The notes below the pieces were generated by a model, which ran no database searches, was not told the DNA's origin, and saw only the letters and a list, made by a program, of their open reading frames with translations. A stretch of DNA of 64,000 nt. Origin: an uncultured virus (IMG/VR IMGVR_UViG_3300034062_000589) (taxonomy: Duplodnaviria > Heunggongvirae > Uroviricota > Caudoviricetes). Numbering within the stretch: the first letter of the stretch is position 1; each line of letters opens with the position of its first letter. The stretch is from the IMG/VR virus record IMGVR_UViG_3300034062_000589; one strand, 5' to 3'. Positions 18,370-27,677 of the stretch are shown piece by piece. A program made the translations under genes and the position numbers.

Positions 18370-18833
18370 TCACACTAACCCGCGAGGAAGCGCAGCAGGT
18401 GCTGGATGCGTTGGAAGGTTCGATAGACGCACAGGAATGGGAGATTAATGACCATATAACAAAGTATGGGGAGTGGTATAGGCCGAAGCGTGTTGAGTAC
18501 ATGAAGCAGCAACTAGCAAATACGAACAGCACAATCGAAACTCTCCGCGCCCGACTTAGCGCACCTGAACCGGAGCCGGTGGCGTGGTTAAAGAAAGACC
18601 GCAGCAGCATTGAAGTCAGCATCATGAGTGCGGAGTACATGAAAAACGCGGGGTTTGAGCCACTCTACACCGCCCCACCACAGCGCGAATGGCAGAGTCT
18701 GACGCATGAGGAAATTGCTGAGGAATCTGGCGCGGCAAAAGCACAAAACCACATGGTTCTTACGTTGGCAGAAGGCTTTTTCTGTGGGGCGAGATGGGCA
18801 GAAGCCAAACTAAAGGAGAAGAACGGTGGATAA
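18366..18833 (+). CDS. Modular phage protein
   Basis: EPVAW...PLYTAPPQREWQSLT...EAKLKEKN motifs. Confidence 0.75.
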   Translation: MITLTREEAQQVLDALEGSIDAQEWEINDHITKYGEWYRPKRVEYMKQQLANTNSTIETLRARLSAPEPEPVAWLKKDRSSIEVSIMSAEYMKNAGFEPLYTAPPQREWQSLTHEEIAEESGAAKAQNHMVLTLAEGFFCGARWAEAKLKEKNGG

Positions 18834-19065
18834 AACATTTGCAGCAATCGAAAAACTTAAAGAAGTCGAACTGGAGTTGCACCGGCTGAAGAACTACGCA
18901 GAGATGATGAACCGCTCAGTCGAAGCAAAACTCGAATGGCAAGGGCTGACGGATGAAGAAGTAGAGAATGAGGTTGCGCGGATACTTGTGACGCTGACAG
19001 AAGACATATGGCCTATTGCACTTAGCCGCGCCATCGAAGCCAAGCTAAAGGAGAAGAACGCATGA
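18826..19065 (+). CDS. Modular phage protein sharing the C-terminal module with the upstream gene
   Basis: EWQGLTDEE...IEAKLKEKN. Confidence 0.7.
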   Translation: MDKTFAAIEKLKEVELELHRLKNYAEMMNRSVEAKLEWQGLTDEEVENEVARILVTLTEDIWPIALSRAIEAKLKEKNA

Positions 19066-19967
19066 CACAAGTATGTTTCACTGATGCGGGGTTTCCCCCT
19101 AACATTGTTATATCGGTCGGGATAGACCAATGGCGCACCAATGTATTTACAGCAGACGATGTGGTGTTTGGTGAATTGTCCTCGCAAGTAATACCAGTGG
19201 TGGCAAGGATGTTCCCGGCGTGGCAGTTTGTTGTAACCACTGTCCACATGGAAGGGCCGGGTGTTAAACGCAAGGTCTACCCAACATGGATAACGGTATC
19301 GGAGAAAGGTGTTAGTCGGGGCAAGATAAACATCAGGCACCCATGGCGGTATAGCGAGGACTTGGTGTTCGAGAACCCGCGTATCCACAGAGCTATGCAG
19401 CGGAAAGGGCGCAAGACCACAACCAAACCGAGCGTAGCGATACAGATTGTTAAGCAGTACTTTACAGACCCGCCCATTACAGAAACTATAGAGGTTGTAA
19501 CTAGGCAGATGAGGGTAAACGCAAACCAACATAAGGTTACGTTTGGTGCGATGAGAGACCTAGAGTACATGAAGCTTGTAGGGCTAGTGCAATCTTACGT
19601 TGAGGAAAACTTACTAGAGATTGCAAAGCAAGTGCCCGCAGTGAACACTAACTTCGACTTGCCCGCGTATTTAAATCTTGTTGAGGATACAAAAATATCG
19701 GTGTCTGTGATGGACGTTCCGACCAATTCTGCGTTGACAGTCATGCTGCACGGTGATAAATATGTGTTACAGAGAAGTAATATGCCGATCTTTGCGCTGA
19801 CCTCAGAGCACTTACCGGAGCAGGTTCGTATGGCGGTAGGGTTACTCAAGCTAATAGAGGACGGTCAGTTCGTGCGTGACGTAGGGTACAGGCACAAGGC
19901 AGATCAATTCTTAGTTGTTTACGGTGGGCCATTTGACGAGGAGATAGCATGCAAAACTTTAAATTAA
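19062..19967 (+). CDS. Hypothetical protein
   Basis: 301 aa, coupled. Confidence 0.8.
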   Translation: MTQVCFTDAGFPPNIVISVGIDQWRTNVFTADDVVFGELSSQVIPVVARMFPAWQFVVTTVHMEGPGVKRKVYPTWITVSEKGVSRGKINIRHPWRYSEDLVFENPRIHRAMQRKGRKTTTKPSVAIQIVKQYFTDPPITETIEVVTRQMRVNANQHKVTFGAMRDLEYMKLVGLVQSYVEENLLEIAKQVPAVNTNFDLPAYLNLVEDTKISVSVMDVPTNSALTVMLHGDKYVLQRSNMPIFALTSEHLPEQVRMAVGLLKLIEDGQFVRDVGYRHKADQFLVVYGGPFDEEIACKTLN

Positions 19968-20140
19968 AACTTATTGACCAGAAAGAGCTGCCGAAGAAAG
20001 AAGAACCCAAGCTGGATAAAGCCACGACGATTCTTGATGATCGGTTTGACTACACACCCGCAGTGTCAACCGATTTAGCTGCACGGTTCAAGGCTATGGG
20101 GTTCAAGGCCAAGCCCAAGAAGCCCCGGTTTGGAAAATGA
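19949..20140 (+). CDS. Hypothetical basic protein
   Basis: GAGGAG RBS; FDYTPAVSTDL motif. Confidence 0.65.
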   Translation: MQNFKLKLIDQKELPKKEEPKLDKATTILDDRFDYTPAVSTDLAARFKAMGFKAKPKKPRFGK

Positions 20141-20397
20141 AGGGGGAAAACTTAGGCAACCAGCACTCGCGTACCCTTAAAGAGGGTCAGCTAACCCCGA
20201 GGCAAGACTTGGTGATGCGGCTCTTAGCGCAAGGGCTGCGCAGTAGGGAGGTTGCGGCGCGGTTAAAAGTTACACCCAATACCATAGCAAGCGTCATATC
20301 AAGTGTCTGTCTAAACATGGGTACGAATACATTGGCGCAGTCTATGGCTGTGTGGGCAGTTGCAGATTATTTAGAAGCTAACGAGGAAGAGGAATGA
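20137..20397 (+). CDS. LuxR/GerE-type HTH protein
   Basis: LTPRQDLVMRLLAQGLRSREVAARLKVTPNTI. Confidence 0.8.
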   Translation: MKGENLGNQHSRTLKEGQLTPRQDLVMRLLAQGLRSREVAARLKVTPNTIASVISSVCLNMGTNTLAQSMAVWAVADYLEANEEEE

Positions 20398-20600
20398 GCA
20401 TCAGACGACGGGCTATCCGCCTAGCTAACGCATTAGAAGAAGCACCACGCACAGAGAACGACCTTGAGACAGCGGCAATACTACGCCAGCTCGTACGAGT
20501 GCATGAGGTAGCGCATGAGGTGGTACTGGCAAAGACACACGAGGCAAGCAAAGCAGCTTATTGTGAGCTTGTAGACTTAGTAAAGGGGAAAGCAGAATGA
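20394..20600 (+). CDS. Hypothetical protein
   Basis: Coupled ORF. Confidence 0.65.
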   Translation: MSIRRRAIRLANALEEAPRTENDLETAAILRQLVRVHEVAHEVVLAKTHEASKAAYCELVDLVKGKAE

Positions 20601-20770
20601 AAGCGTTTCCAAACATGGCGGGTCAGCAGGGCATGGACTTGCGCGATTACTTTGCGGCGAAGGCGATGCAAGCTTACTTAACTGGCGATTACGATCTGTA
20701 CCCAAACGAAGTAGCGGAAAAAGCGTATCAGGTGGCTGATTGGATGATAAAGACGAGGAAAGCCAAATGA
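20597..20770 (+). CDS. Small phage protein of the GMxLRDYFAAKAMQ family
   Basis: MKAFPNMAGQQGMDLRDYFAAKAMQ...AYQVADWMI; not in the ORF track. Confidence 0.7.
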   Translation: MKAFPNMAGQQGMDLRDYFAAKAMQAYLTGDYDLYPNEVAEKAYQVADWMIKTRKAK

Positions 20771-20925
20771 AAGATTATTCAAACTACGAAACACAACGAA
20801 GCATTTTGATTGAGTACCTGCAAGTAATGATTGCGCGATGCGATTGGCATGGAGTAGCTGACGTAGCCATGGACTTGCGCGAAATGGAAGCCGAACGCCG
20901 CACGATGAAGGAGAAAAACACATGA
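20767..20925 (+). CDS. Hypothetical protein
   Basis: MKDYSNYET...DWHGVADVAMDLRE. Confidence 0.65.
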   Translation: MKDYSNYETQRSILIEYLQVMIARCDWHGVADVAMDLREMEAERRTMKEKNT

Positions 20926-21125
20926 GCGAAATACGTACAGCACGACAAAGCATTATCGACTTCCTTGAGAAGAACAAAGAACTGATGGGCGGCATCGAAG
21001 TGGTGCAGACAATAGACGGTCGAACCATAAATCTGAGCGATATGACTGACGAAGAAGCAGCAGAAGCGGCTGACATTCTTATGGTTGCAGGTACGCCAAC
21101 ACGTCTAGGCTCGTTAGCAAAATGA
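20922..21125 (+). CDS. Hypothetical protein
   Basis: AAGGAG RBS, coupled. Confidence 0.65.
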   Translation: MSEIRTARQSIIDFLEKNKELMGGIEVVQTIDGRTINLSDMTDEEAAEAADILMVAGTPTRLGSLAK

Positions 21126-21313
21126 AGGCGGCTGAAGCTATGGCTGTGGCTTTCGCTATGTGCGTGGCGTTGTTCTCCATTTACTTTGGTACGAAGGCTG
21201 TGACGATGGAGCCGGGAGCACGAAGGCCGCTATGTGGCGTGGCTGAGATTAGCCCTGACATTACGCCGGAAGAACGTAAGAATTGCAGAGAGATGAGGAG
21301 ACGTTCTCTATGA
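21122..21313 (+). CDS. Small membrane/secreted protein
   Basis: N-terminal TM helix; C..AEISPD.......C. Confidence 0.6.
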   Translation: MKAAEAMAVAFAMCVALFSIYFGTKAVTMEPGARRPLCGVAEISPDITPEERKNCREMRRRSL

Positions 21314-21519
21314 CAGAACAGAAAGTAAGACGGGGGCGTGGACCCGGCAAGCAACCACGACAAGGCATCACGAGCGTGCGCATACCAGTGTACGTTCTTG
21401 ATTATTACCGTCAGAACTTCGACAACAGCACAGCAAAGATGCGCGAGGTTCTGGTTAACTATGCAGTAGATAAAGGAGCTAACAATGGTAAAGAAAGTGA
21501 AGAAGGTATTGAGTCCTGA
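21310..21519 (+). CDS. BrnA-like ribbon-helix-helix protein
   Basis: RGRGPGK...TSVRIPVYVLDYYR...MREVL. Confidence 0.55.
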   Translation: MTEQKVRRGRGPGKQPRQGITSVRIPVYVLDYYRQNFDNSTAKMREVLVNYAVDKGANNGKESEEGIES

Positions 21520-21979
21520 AGCGTTGGAAACTTTACGACGCACCGCAGCATACGCACGACAGGTTCGTCAGGAGAAACGCAAAGAGCGAGAGCTACGGGG
21601 TGAGGCGCATCCATACACACCGCCTAAGCGTAGAAAGAAGAGAACACCTACGACTAAGCAACAAGTCTTGAAGTGGGATGAGATCAAGATGCCGATACAG
21701 CAAACTATGAAGATGGTGCAAGCGGTTACAAGCGGTAAGTCTGTTCTGTACGCGGACATCCCTCAAGTTACACACTACGCTGCGGCTGACATGGTTAACA
21801 ACCCTGCGCATTACAAAGTAGGCGGTATCGAGACTATCGACTTCATCGAGGCTAAAGGTCTGTCGTATAACTTGGGCAATGTGGTTAAGTACGTGACTCG
21901 TGCCGGGCACAAAGGCAACCGTAAGGAAGACCTTGAGAAAGCACGTTGGTATCTAACCCGAGAGATCGAAGCATCGTAA
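21485..21979 (+). CDS. DUF3310 (T7 gp1.7/SaV-like) domain protein
   Basis: DMVNNPAHY..GGIETIDFI...GNVVKYVTRAGHKG...EDLEKARWYL. Confidence 0.9.
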   Translation: MVKKVKKVLSPEALETLRRTAAYARQVRQEKRKERELRGEAHPYTPPKRRKKRTPTTKQQVLKWDEIKMPIQQTMKMVQAVTSGKSVLYADIPQVTHYAAADMVNNPAHYKVGGIETIDFIEAKGLSYNLGNVVKYVTRAGHKGNRKEDLEKARWYLTREIEAS

Positions 21980-21988
21980 GGAGATGGT

Positions 21989-22285
21989 ATGTCTGGTACG
22001 CCTGAGAGTAAGGTCAAGTTGGCTGTCGTTAAATTGCTTAAGCAATACGGCGTGTATTTCTTTTTCCCCGCAACTCACGGGTACGGACGCTCAGGTGTGC
22101 CAGACATCATCTGTTGTATCGACGGTAAGTTTTTAGCTATCGAGTGTAAGGCTGGAAAGAACGAGCCCACCGCACTGCAACTACGAGAAATAAATCAAAT
22201 ACAAGCAGCGGGTGGTATGGCAATGGTAGTCAGAGAAGACCTAACATTGTTAGAATTTTTATTGAAGGAGCTAACGCATGAGTGA
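21989..22285 (+). CDS. VRR-NUC domain nuclease
   Basis: PE..VK, GVPDII, AIECK, PTALQ. Confidence 0.9.
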   Translation: MSGTPESKVKLAVVKLLKQYGVYFFFPATHGYGRSGVPDIICCIDGKFLAIECKAGKNEPTALQLREINQIQAAGGMAMVVREDLTLLEFLLKELTHE

Positions 22286-22742
22286 AGAATTAAGTGAAGG
22301 GGTGCAGCTATTACTGCAACGGATGGAGTCACACCCAGATGAGTTTGACTTAGATCGTGGTAAGTGGGCATCAGAGTTAAACGTCGTCTACGCACGAGTA
22401 TCAGGAAAAACACCGCCGCAACGTGCTGAGCCTTGGCTGTCTACTGCGGAAGTGGAAGCACTATGGAATAAGTACGTAGAGATAAAGCAGAGAGACTTTC
22501 ACGGCCACGTGATGAAAAAGCTGTTTGATGACGAGGAAGAACGTCCGTTGGATGCGTATGGATTGTCGTTAGGTAAGCAAAGGTTGCAAGGCACCGTAAA
22601 ACCCGGCACGTGGGTGAACGTAGCGAATCAAACTTCAAGTACGCCAATAACGCTACAAGGCAACACCACAGTGCAAGGCACATTCGACGCTGAACCTTCA
22701 CCTTCGTTCGTACAGAAAATTAAAAAAGAACTGGGCCTATGA
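22278..22742 (+). CDS. Hypothetical protein
   Basis: GVQLLLQRMESHPDEF motif; AAGGAG RBS. Confidence 0.75.
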   Translation: MSEELSEGVQLLLQRMESHPDEFDLDRGKWASELNVVYARVSGKTPPQRAEPWLSTAEVEALWNKYVEIKQRDFHGHVMKKLFDDEEERPLDAYGLSLGKQRLQGTVKPGTWVNVANQTSSTPITLQGNTTVQGTFDAEPSPSFVQKIKKELGL

Positions 22743-24565
22743 AAATAATTGCACTCGACTTCGAGACGTACTACGACAAAGAGTACAGCCTCAGCAAGAT
22801 GACTACTGAGGAGTACATACGAGATGAACGATTTGAAACTATAGGGGTGGGGGTAAAAGAAGATGGAAAAGATGCCGTGTGGGTGGCAGGTACACGAGAC
22901 AAGATCAAGGCGTTTCTGGATTCGCTCAACTTATCTGAGCATCTGGTACTCGCTCATAACGCTATGTTTGATGCCGCTATTCTTAATTGGCGTTTTGACA
23001 TTCGCCCTCGGGGTTGGCTTGACACGCTTAGCATGGCGCGTGCTGTGGTGGGCACCCACACCCCCCTCCGTCTTGCGGCACTTGCGGAATATTTCGGTAT
23101 TGGAGAAAAAGGGGAAGAGGTAAAGCGCGCCGAAGGTAAACGCCGCACGGACTTTACGACGGTAGACTTAGCTGCGTATGGCGAGTACTGCAAGAACGAC
23201 TGCACCCTGACGCTGGAGTTATTTAAGGTGCTGTCACAAGGGTTCAACAAGGATGAGCTAAAGCTGATTGACCTGACCATCCGGATGTTCTCGGAACCGG
23301 TGCTGGAGTTGTCGCCAACTAATTTGTACGCACACCTGAAATACATACAGAAAGAGAAACAGGCTTTGCTTGATGCGGTAACTATGGTGGATAAAGATCA
23401 GCTGATGTCTAACGACAAACTGGCTGCAACACTAAAGCTACTCCACGTGATACCGCCCACCAAGATAAGCCCGGCTACAGGTAAGGAGACCTACGCGTTT
23501 GCAAAGAGTGACGAGGCGTTCAAGGCACTGCTGGAACACGAGGACCCAAAGGTGCAAGCTATTGTGGCTGCTAGGCTAGGTGTTAAGTCTACGTTGGAAG
23601 AGACTCGCACTCAGCGGTTTATTGAGATTGCTGGGCGTGGCACGTTGCCTATTCCCTTGCGGTACTACGCTGCACATACCGGGCGTTGGGGTGGGGATGA
23701 CAAAGTAAACATGCAGAACCTGCCGCGCAGTTCCCCGCTGAAGCATACTATCTACGCCCCAGACGGCTACATGATGATTGACGCAGACTCGTCGCAGATT
23801 GAAGCGCGGACACTGGCGTGGCTGGCGGAGCAGGATGACTTGGTCGATGCGTTCGAGCGAGGTGAAGATGTGTACAAAAAGATGGCGTCAGCTATCTACA
23901 GCAAGCCCGAGAGCGACATTACCAAAGAGGAAAGGTTTGTTGGAAAGACAACAATCCTCGGGGCGGGGTATGGGATGGGCGCGGCTAAGTTCCAGACTCA
24001 GCTAAAGAACTTCGGCGTTGCGCTCCCGCTGGAGGAATGTCAGCGCATCATCAGCGTGTATCGGGAGACCTACCCTATGATTCCGGCATTCTGGAAAAAG
24101 GCTGGCGATGCCCTTGGAACTATCATGAGCAATCAGGCGGGGGAGCTGGGTAGGGATGGCATCTTAAAAATTGACGGGTTGCAAGGCATTCTTTTGCCCA
24201 ACGGCATGCGAGTTAAATATCCGCACCTGCGCAAGATCATAAATGATGACGGTAAGACGGAGATGGTGTACGATACAAAGAGGGGGAAAGCAACCATACC
24301 GAATAGGATATACGGCGGCAAGGTGACAGAGAACGTTTGCCAAGCCCTAGCCCGCATAGCAATCGGTAAGCAGATGCTGATGATCGCCAAGAAATACAAG
24401 GTTGTAATGACGGTGCATGACGCCGTTGCTTGTATCGTGCCAGAAGCTGTAGTTGAGACGGCGCAAGAGTTTGTTGAGATATGTATGAAGTTACGGCCAG
24501 AGTGGGCACCAGACCTACCTCTTAATTGTGAATCAGGATACGGAAGAAGTTATGGAGAGTGTTAA
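22739..24565 (+). CDS. polA: DNA polymerase family A with 3'-5' exonuclease
   Basis: Exo DFET and HNAMFD; TGRW, NMQNLP, motif A DSSQIEAR, motif B KTTILGAGYG, motif C TVHD. Confidence 0.95.
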   Translation: MKIIALDFETYYDKEYSLSKMTTEEYIRDERFETIGVGVKEDGKDAVWVAGTRDKIKAFLDSLNLSEHLVLAHNAMFDAAILNWRFDIRPRGWLDTLSMARAVVGTHTPLRLAALAEYFGIGEKGEEVKRAEGKRRTDFTTVDLAAYGEYCKNDCTLTLELFKVLSQGFNKDELKLIDLTIRMFSEPVLELSPTNLYAHLKYIQKEKQALLDAVTMVDKDQLMSNDKLAATLKLLHVIPPTKISPATGKETYAFAKSDEAFKALLEHEDPKVQAIVAARLGVKSTLEETRTQRFIEIAGRGTLPIPLRYYAAHTGRWGGDDKVNMQNLPRSSPLKHTIYAPDGYMMIDADSSQIEARTLAWLAEQDDLVDAFERGEDVYKKMASAIYSKPESDITKEERFVGKTTILGAGYGMGAAKFQTQLKNFGVALPLEECQRIISVYRETYPMIPAFWKKAGDALGTIMSNQAGELGRDGILKIDGLQGILLPNGMRVKYPHLRKIINDDGKTEMVYDTKRGKATIPNRIYGGKVTENVCQALARIAIGKQMLMIAKKYKVVMTVHDAVACIVPEAVVETAQEFVEICMKLRPEWAPDLPLNCESGYGRSYGEC

Positions 24566-24567
24566 GT

Positions 24568-25240
24568 GATCCCAGCATGGTCCTACAGCAGCATCAAAAC
24601 CTTCGACCAATGCCCGAAGAAGTACCATCATCTGCGCATACTAAAGGACTTCAAAGATGAGGATTCGACTGCAACGATCTACGGCAAGGAGCTTCACAAA
24701 GCGGCGGAAGACTTTATCGCCTTGGGCACGCCTATACCCCCTCGTTTCTCTTTCATTAGCGAAACGCTTGCGGCACTTAAAAAGATTGAGGGTGAGAAAC
24801 ACTGCGAAATTAAACTTGGTATCGCCAAGAGGGATGGTAAGTTCGCGCCTTGTGACTTCTTTGCAAAGGACGTGTGGTGGCGGGGCATTGCCGACCTTCT
24901 TATCATTAACGAAGAGAAGCAAACCGCGTATCTGGTGGACTACAAGACCAGTAAGAATGCAAAGTACGCCGACACCAAACAGCTAGACCTACTGGCAGGT
25001 GCAGTCTTTACGCACTACCCAAAGATCATGGAGATCAAGTCTGCGTTGTTGTTTGTAGTTAGCAACGAGATGGTAAAGAAGAAGCACGAGTTCATGATGC
25101 AGACTTCGTACTTGAACTCTATGCAGCCGGAGCTGTCCCGATTAGAAGCAGCAATAAAGACGAACGTGTGGAACCCAGTGTCTAGCCCACTGTGTAAGTT
25201 CTGCCCCGTCTCAAGTTGCGCACACAATAGGAGAAGTTGA
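24568..25240 (+). CDS. PD-(D/E)XK (Cas4/RecB-like) nuclease
   Basis: WSYSS...CP, G..LH, GIAD, DYKT, QL, C..CP...C; exact start uncertain (near 24566-24568). Confidence 0.85.
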
Positions 25241-25620
25241 TGACTGAAGCTGAAGCACAAAAGTGTATCGACCTAGTACTTAAAGAATACCCCGGCTTAA
25301 CTGCAAACGGGTTTGAGTATGAGAGTAGATACCGCTACCCAGATGACTATGTACATGGGCCTATTTCACCCGAGGGGTTTATTACTGTAGTCGAGTGGCT
25401 ACTGAACTACGATGCGCTTGACCGTAGGAAAACCATCAACACCAGCAGAGGTAGCTACGGGTGGAAGCACGTAGTGGAGCGAGACACTAAGCAGTACATA
25501 AGTAACGGGGACTTTATCTGCGGCGCTTTATATCTGAAATACAATATGAAACGTATGCACCGTTCACCCAATGCTTATTTTAATTTAAGGAAGGAAACAT
25601 CCCATGCCATACGTAAATAA
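25237..25620 (+). CDS. Hypothetical protein (SYGxKH motif)
   Basis: SYGWKHVVER...YISNGDFI. Confidence 0.7.
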   Translation: MMTEAEAQKCIDLVLKEYPGLTANGFEYESRYRYPDDYVHGPISPEGFITVVEWLLNYDALDRRKTINTSRGSYGWKHVVERDTKQYISNGDFICGALYLKYNMKRMHRSPNAYFNLRKETSHAIRK

Positions 25621-25897
25621 GCCGCGCCCATACAAAAAAGAATACGAAGAGTATCAGGGCACACCAGAGCAGATTAAGAAACGCGCTACGCGCAATGCAG
25701 CCCGCGCCAAGCTGATGAAGGAAGGCAAAGTCAGCAAGGGCGATGGTAAAGACGTTGCACACACTAAGGCGTTGTCTAAGGGTGGCAGCAACTCAACAGG
25801 ACTCAAGGTAGAGAGTGCTGGCGCTAACCGGTCTTTCTTGCGTGGGTCTGATCGTGGTCTGAAGTCTGAGGTTAGTAAGCGTGAGCGGAAGAAGTGA
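25604..25897 (+). CDS. HNH-like small basic protein
   Basis: RNAAR...GDGKDVAH.KALSKGGSN...NRS. Confidence 0.7.
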   Translation: MPYVNKPRPYKKEYEEYQGTPEQIKKRATRNAARAKLMKEGKVSKGDGKDVAHTKALSKGGSNSTGLKVESAGANRSFLRGSDRGLKSEVSKRERKK

Positions 25898-26130
25898 AAA
25901 TAAAGCATTACCCTGCGGGTGGAGGAGAGCCTGTAGATATTGAGATGTCTACGGAGGAGGCCCGCATGATCTGGCTAACAATGTTAGGTTCTGATTGGGT
26001 GGATGAAGATGTGATTATGGATGCGCCTTCTGGTTCTCCGCTTGATACGGCTTCGATGATTTTAGACTACGAAGCTTTAATTGACTTCGACTACTACCAA
26101 AACAAAATAAAACTCAGATGCAAATCGTAG
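25894..26130 (+). CDS. Hypothetical protein
   Basis: GTGA overlap; contains a palindrome copy. Confidence 0.6.
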   Translation: MKIKHYPAGGGEPVDIEMSTEEARMIWLTMLGSDWVDEDVIMDAPSGSPLDTASMILDYEALIDFDYYQNKIKLRCKS

Positions 26131-27677
26131 ATAACAAAGTCATCGTCGTTAGAACGAGACGCCCGCACCTAGTGACGGAGAGTATCAAAAAGAGCAAAGT
26201 CGTCGGATGGCTACCGGACGGCTTACATGATGTTGCTGTGCACTACGGACTTGAGGAAGTGCAAGCGCTGGCTAAACTAAATATAAAGAACGTGCCTTCT
26301 ACCATTACCCGAGATTACGACTGGCCGGGCCAGTTCAAACCGTTTGAGCACCAGAAGCAAACCGCGTCATTCCTGACGTTGCGCAAGCGTGCGTTTTGTT
26401 TTAACGAGCAAGGTACAGGTAAGACCGCTGCGGTTATCTGGGCGGCTGACTACCTGATGAAACTGGGTCTGGTGCGCCGAGTGCTTATTATCTGCCCGCT
26501 ATCTATTATGAAGTCGGCATGGCAGAACGACTTGTTCCGGTTTGCTGTGCACCGTAGCTGCGACATTGCGTACGGTAAGCGTGAGCAGCGTAAGGCAATT
26601 ATTAACGGTGAAGCAGAGTTCGTCATCATTAACTTTGACGGGTTGGATATTGTCAAAGAGGAAGTAGCCAACGGTGGGTTTGATCTGATCGTAGCGGATG
26701 AGGCATCGGCTTACAAGAACATGCAGACAGCGCGGTGGAAAACACTGAAGTCAGTGCTCACTCCTGATACTTGGTTGTGGATGCTGACCGGCACTCCCGC
26801 TGCGCAGTCGCCTGTGGATGCTTACGGTATTGCAAAGCTAGTCAACCCTGATGGTGTGCCTAAGTTCTTCGGCCAGTTCCGCGACAAGGTGATGGAAAAG
26901 GTAGGCCAGTTCCGCTGGGTGCCCCGCCCTAACGCTGAGATCACTGTGCATAACGCATTACAACCGGCAATAAGGTTTGAGAAAGCGCAGTGTCTGGACC
27001 TACCGGAGGTAACATATACCGAGCGTGACGCACCACTCACCCCGCAACAGGACAAGTTCTATAAGTTGCTGAAGCAGCAAATGATGATTAACGCCGGAGG
27101 TGAGGAGGTCACGTCTGTCAACGCGGCGGTCAACCTGAACAAACTCCTGCAAATTTCTGGGGGCGCAGTCTACGCAGATAACAAAGAGGTTGTGGAGTTC
27201 GACGTGTCCAACCGGCTAAAGGTAGTACAGGAGGTCATCGAGGAGTCAAGCAATAAGGTGCTGGTCTTCGTGCCGTTCACACATACAATTGAGCTACTCA
27301 TGAGCCACCTTAAAGGTGCTGGTATTACTTGTGATGTCATAAGCGGGCAAGTTACGGTTAACCGACGAAACGATGTGATCCAAAGATTCCAAAATGAGAA
27401 GGAACCGCGAGTACTCATCATCCAACCACAAGCAGCATCGCACGGTTTGACGTTGACAGCAGCGGATACGATTATCTGGTACGCCCCTGTGACGAGTGTA
27501 GAAACTTACCTACAAGCAAACGCACGTATCAATAGGCCGGGGCAGAAGAACGCGATGACTATTGTGCATATCAAAGGCAGCGAAGTGGAGTCAAGGCTTT
27601 ACCGGATGCTGCGTAGCAACATAGCCAACCACACAAAAATAATTGATTTATACAAACAAGAGCTTGGCGGCGCTTGA
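26118..27677 (+). CDS. SNF2-family helicase
   Basis: EQGTGKT, VADEAS, LTGTP, HGLTL, QANARINRPGQ. Confidence 0.92.
   Translation: MQIVDNKVIVVRTRRPHLVTESIKKSKVVGWLPDGLHDVAVHYGLEEVQALAKLNIKNVPSTITRDYDWPGQFKPFEHQKQTASFLTLRKRAFCFNEQGTGKTAAVIWAADYLMKLGLVRRVLIICPLSIMKSAWQNDLFRFAVHRSCDIAYGKREQRKAIINGEAEFVIINFDGLDIVKEEVANGGFDLIVADEASAYKNMQTARWKTLKSVLTPDTWLWMLTGTPAAQSPVDAYGIAKLVNPDGVPKFFGQFRDKVMEKVGQFRWVPRPNAEITVHNALQPAIRFEKAQCLDLPEVTYTERDAPLTPQQDKFYKLLKQQMMINAGGEEVTSVNAAVNLNKLLQISGGAVYADNKEVVEFDVSNRLKVVQEVIEESSNKVLVFVPFTHTIELLMSHLKGAGITCDVISGQVTVNRRNDVIQRFQNEKEPRVLIIQPQAASHGLTLTAADTIIWYAPVTSVETYLQANARINRPGQKNAMTIVHIKGSEVESRLYRMLRSNIANHTKIIDLYKQELGGA

Larger units (their letters stand above)
7889..25987. 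repeat. Dispersed 13-bp palindrome CTAACAWTGTTAG
   Basis: Perfect copies start at 7889, 8604, 8945, 9601, 10008, 10420, 10776, 13196, 13585, 14746, 15785, 16201, 22241, 25975; one-mismatch copies at 11340, 12276, 17510, 19099. Confidence 0.95.

Noticed and set aside
20665..20685. Possible frameshift in the GMDLRDYFAAKAMQ gene
   Set aside because: The block appears to have one extra base as I read it, but line coordinates and the coupled start/stop fit an intact 57-aa frame
7889..25987. Palindrome as integron attC sites (RYYYAAC...GTTRRRY resemblance, e.g. GCCTAAC-AAT-GTTAGGT)
   Set aside because: Only 3 nt between the cores, no L boxes, many copies inside genes, and no integrase in the genome
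7889..25987. Identity with E. coli matS
   Set aside because: Differs at 4 of 13 conserved positions; kept only as an architectural analogy
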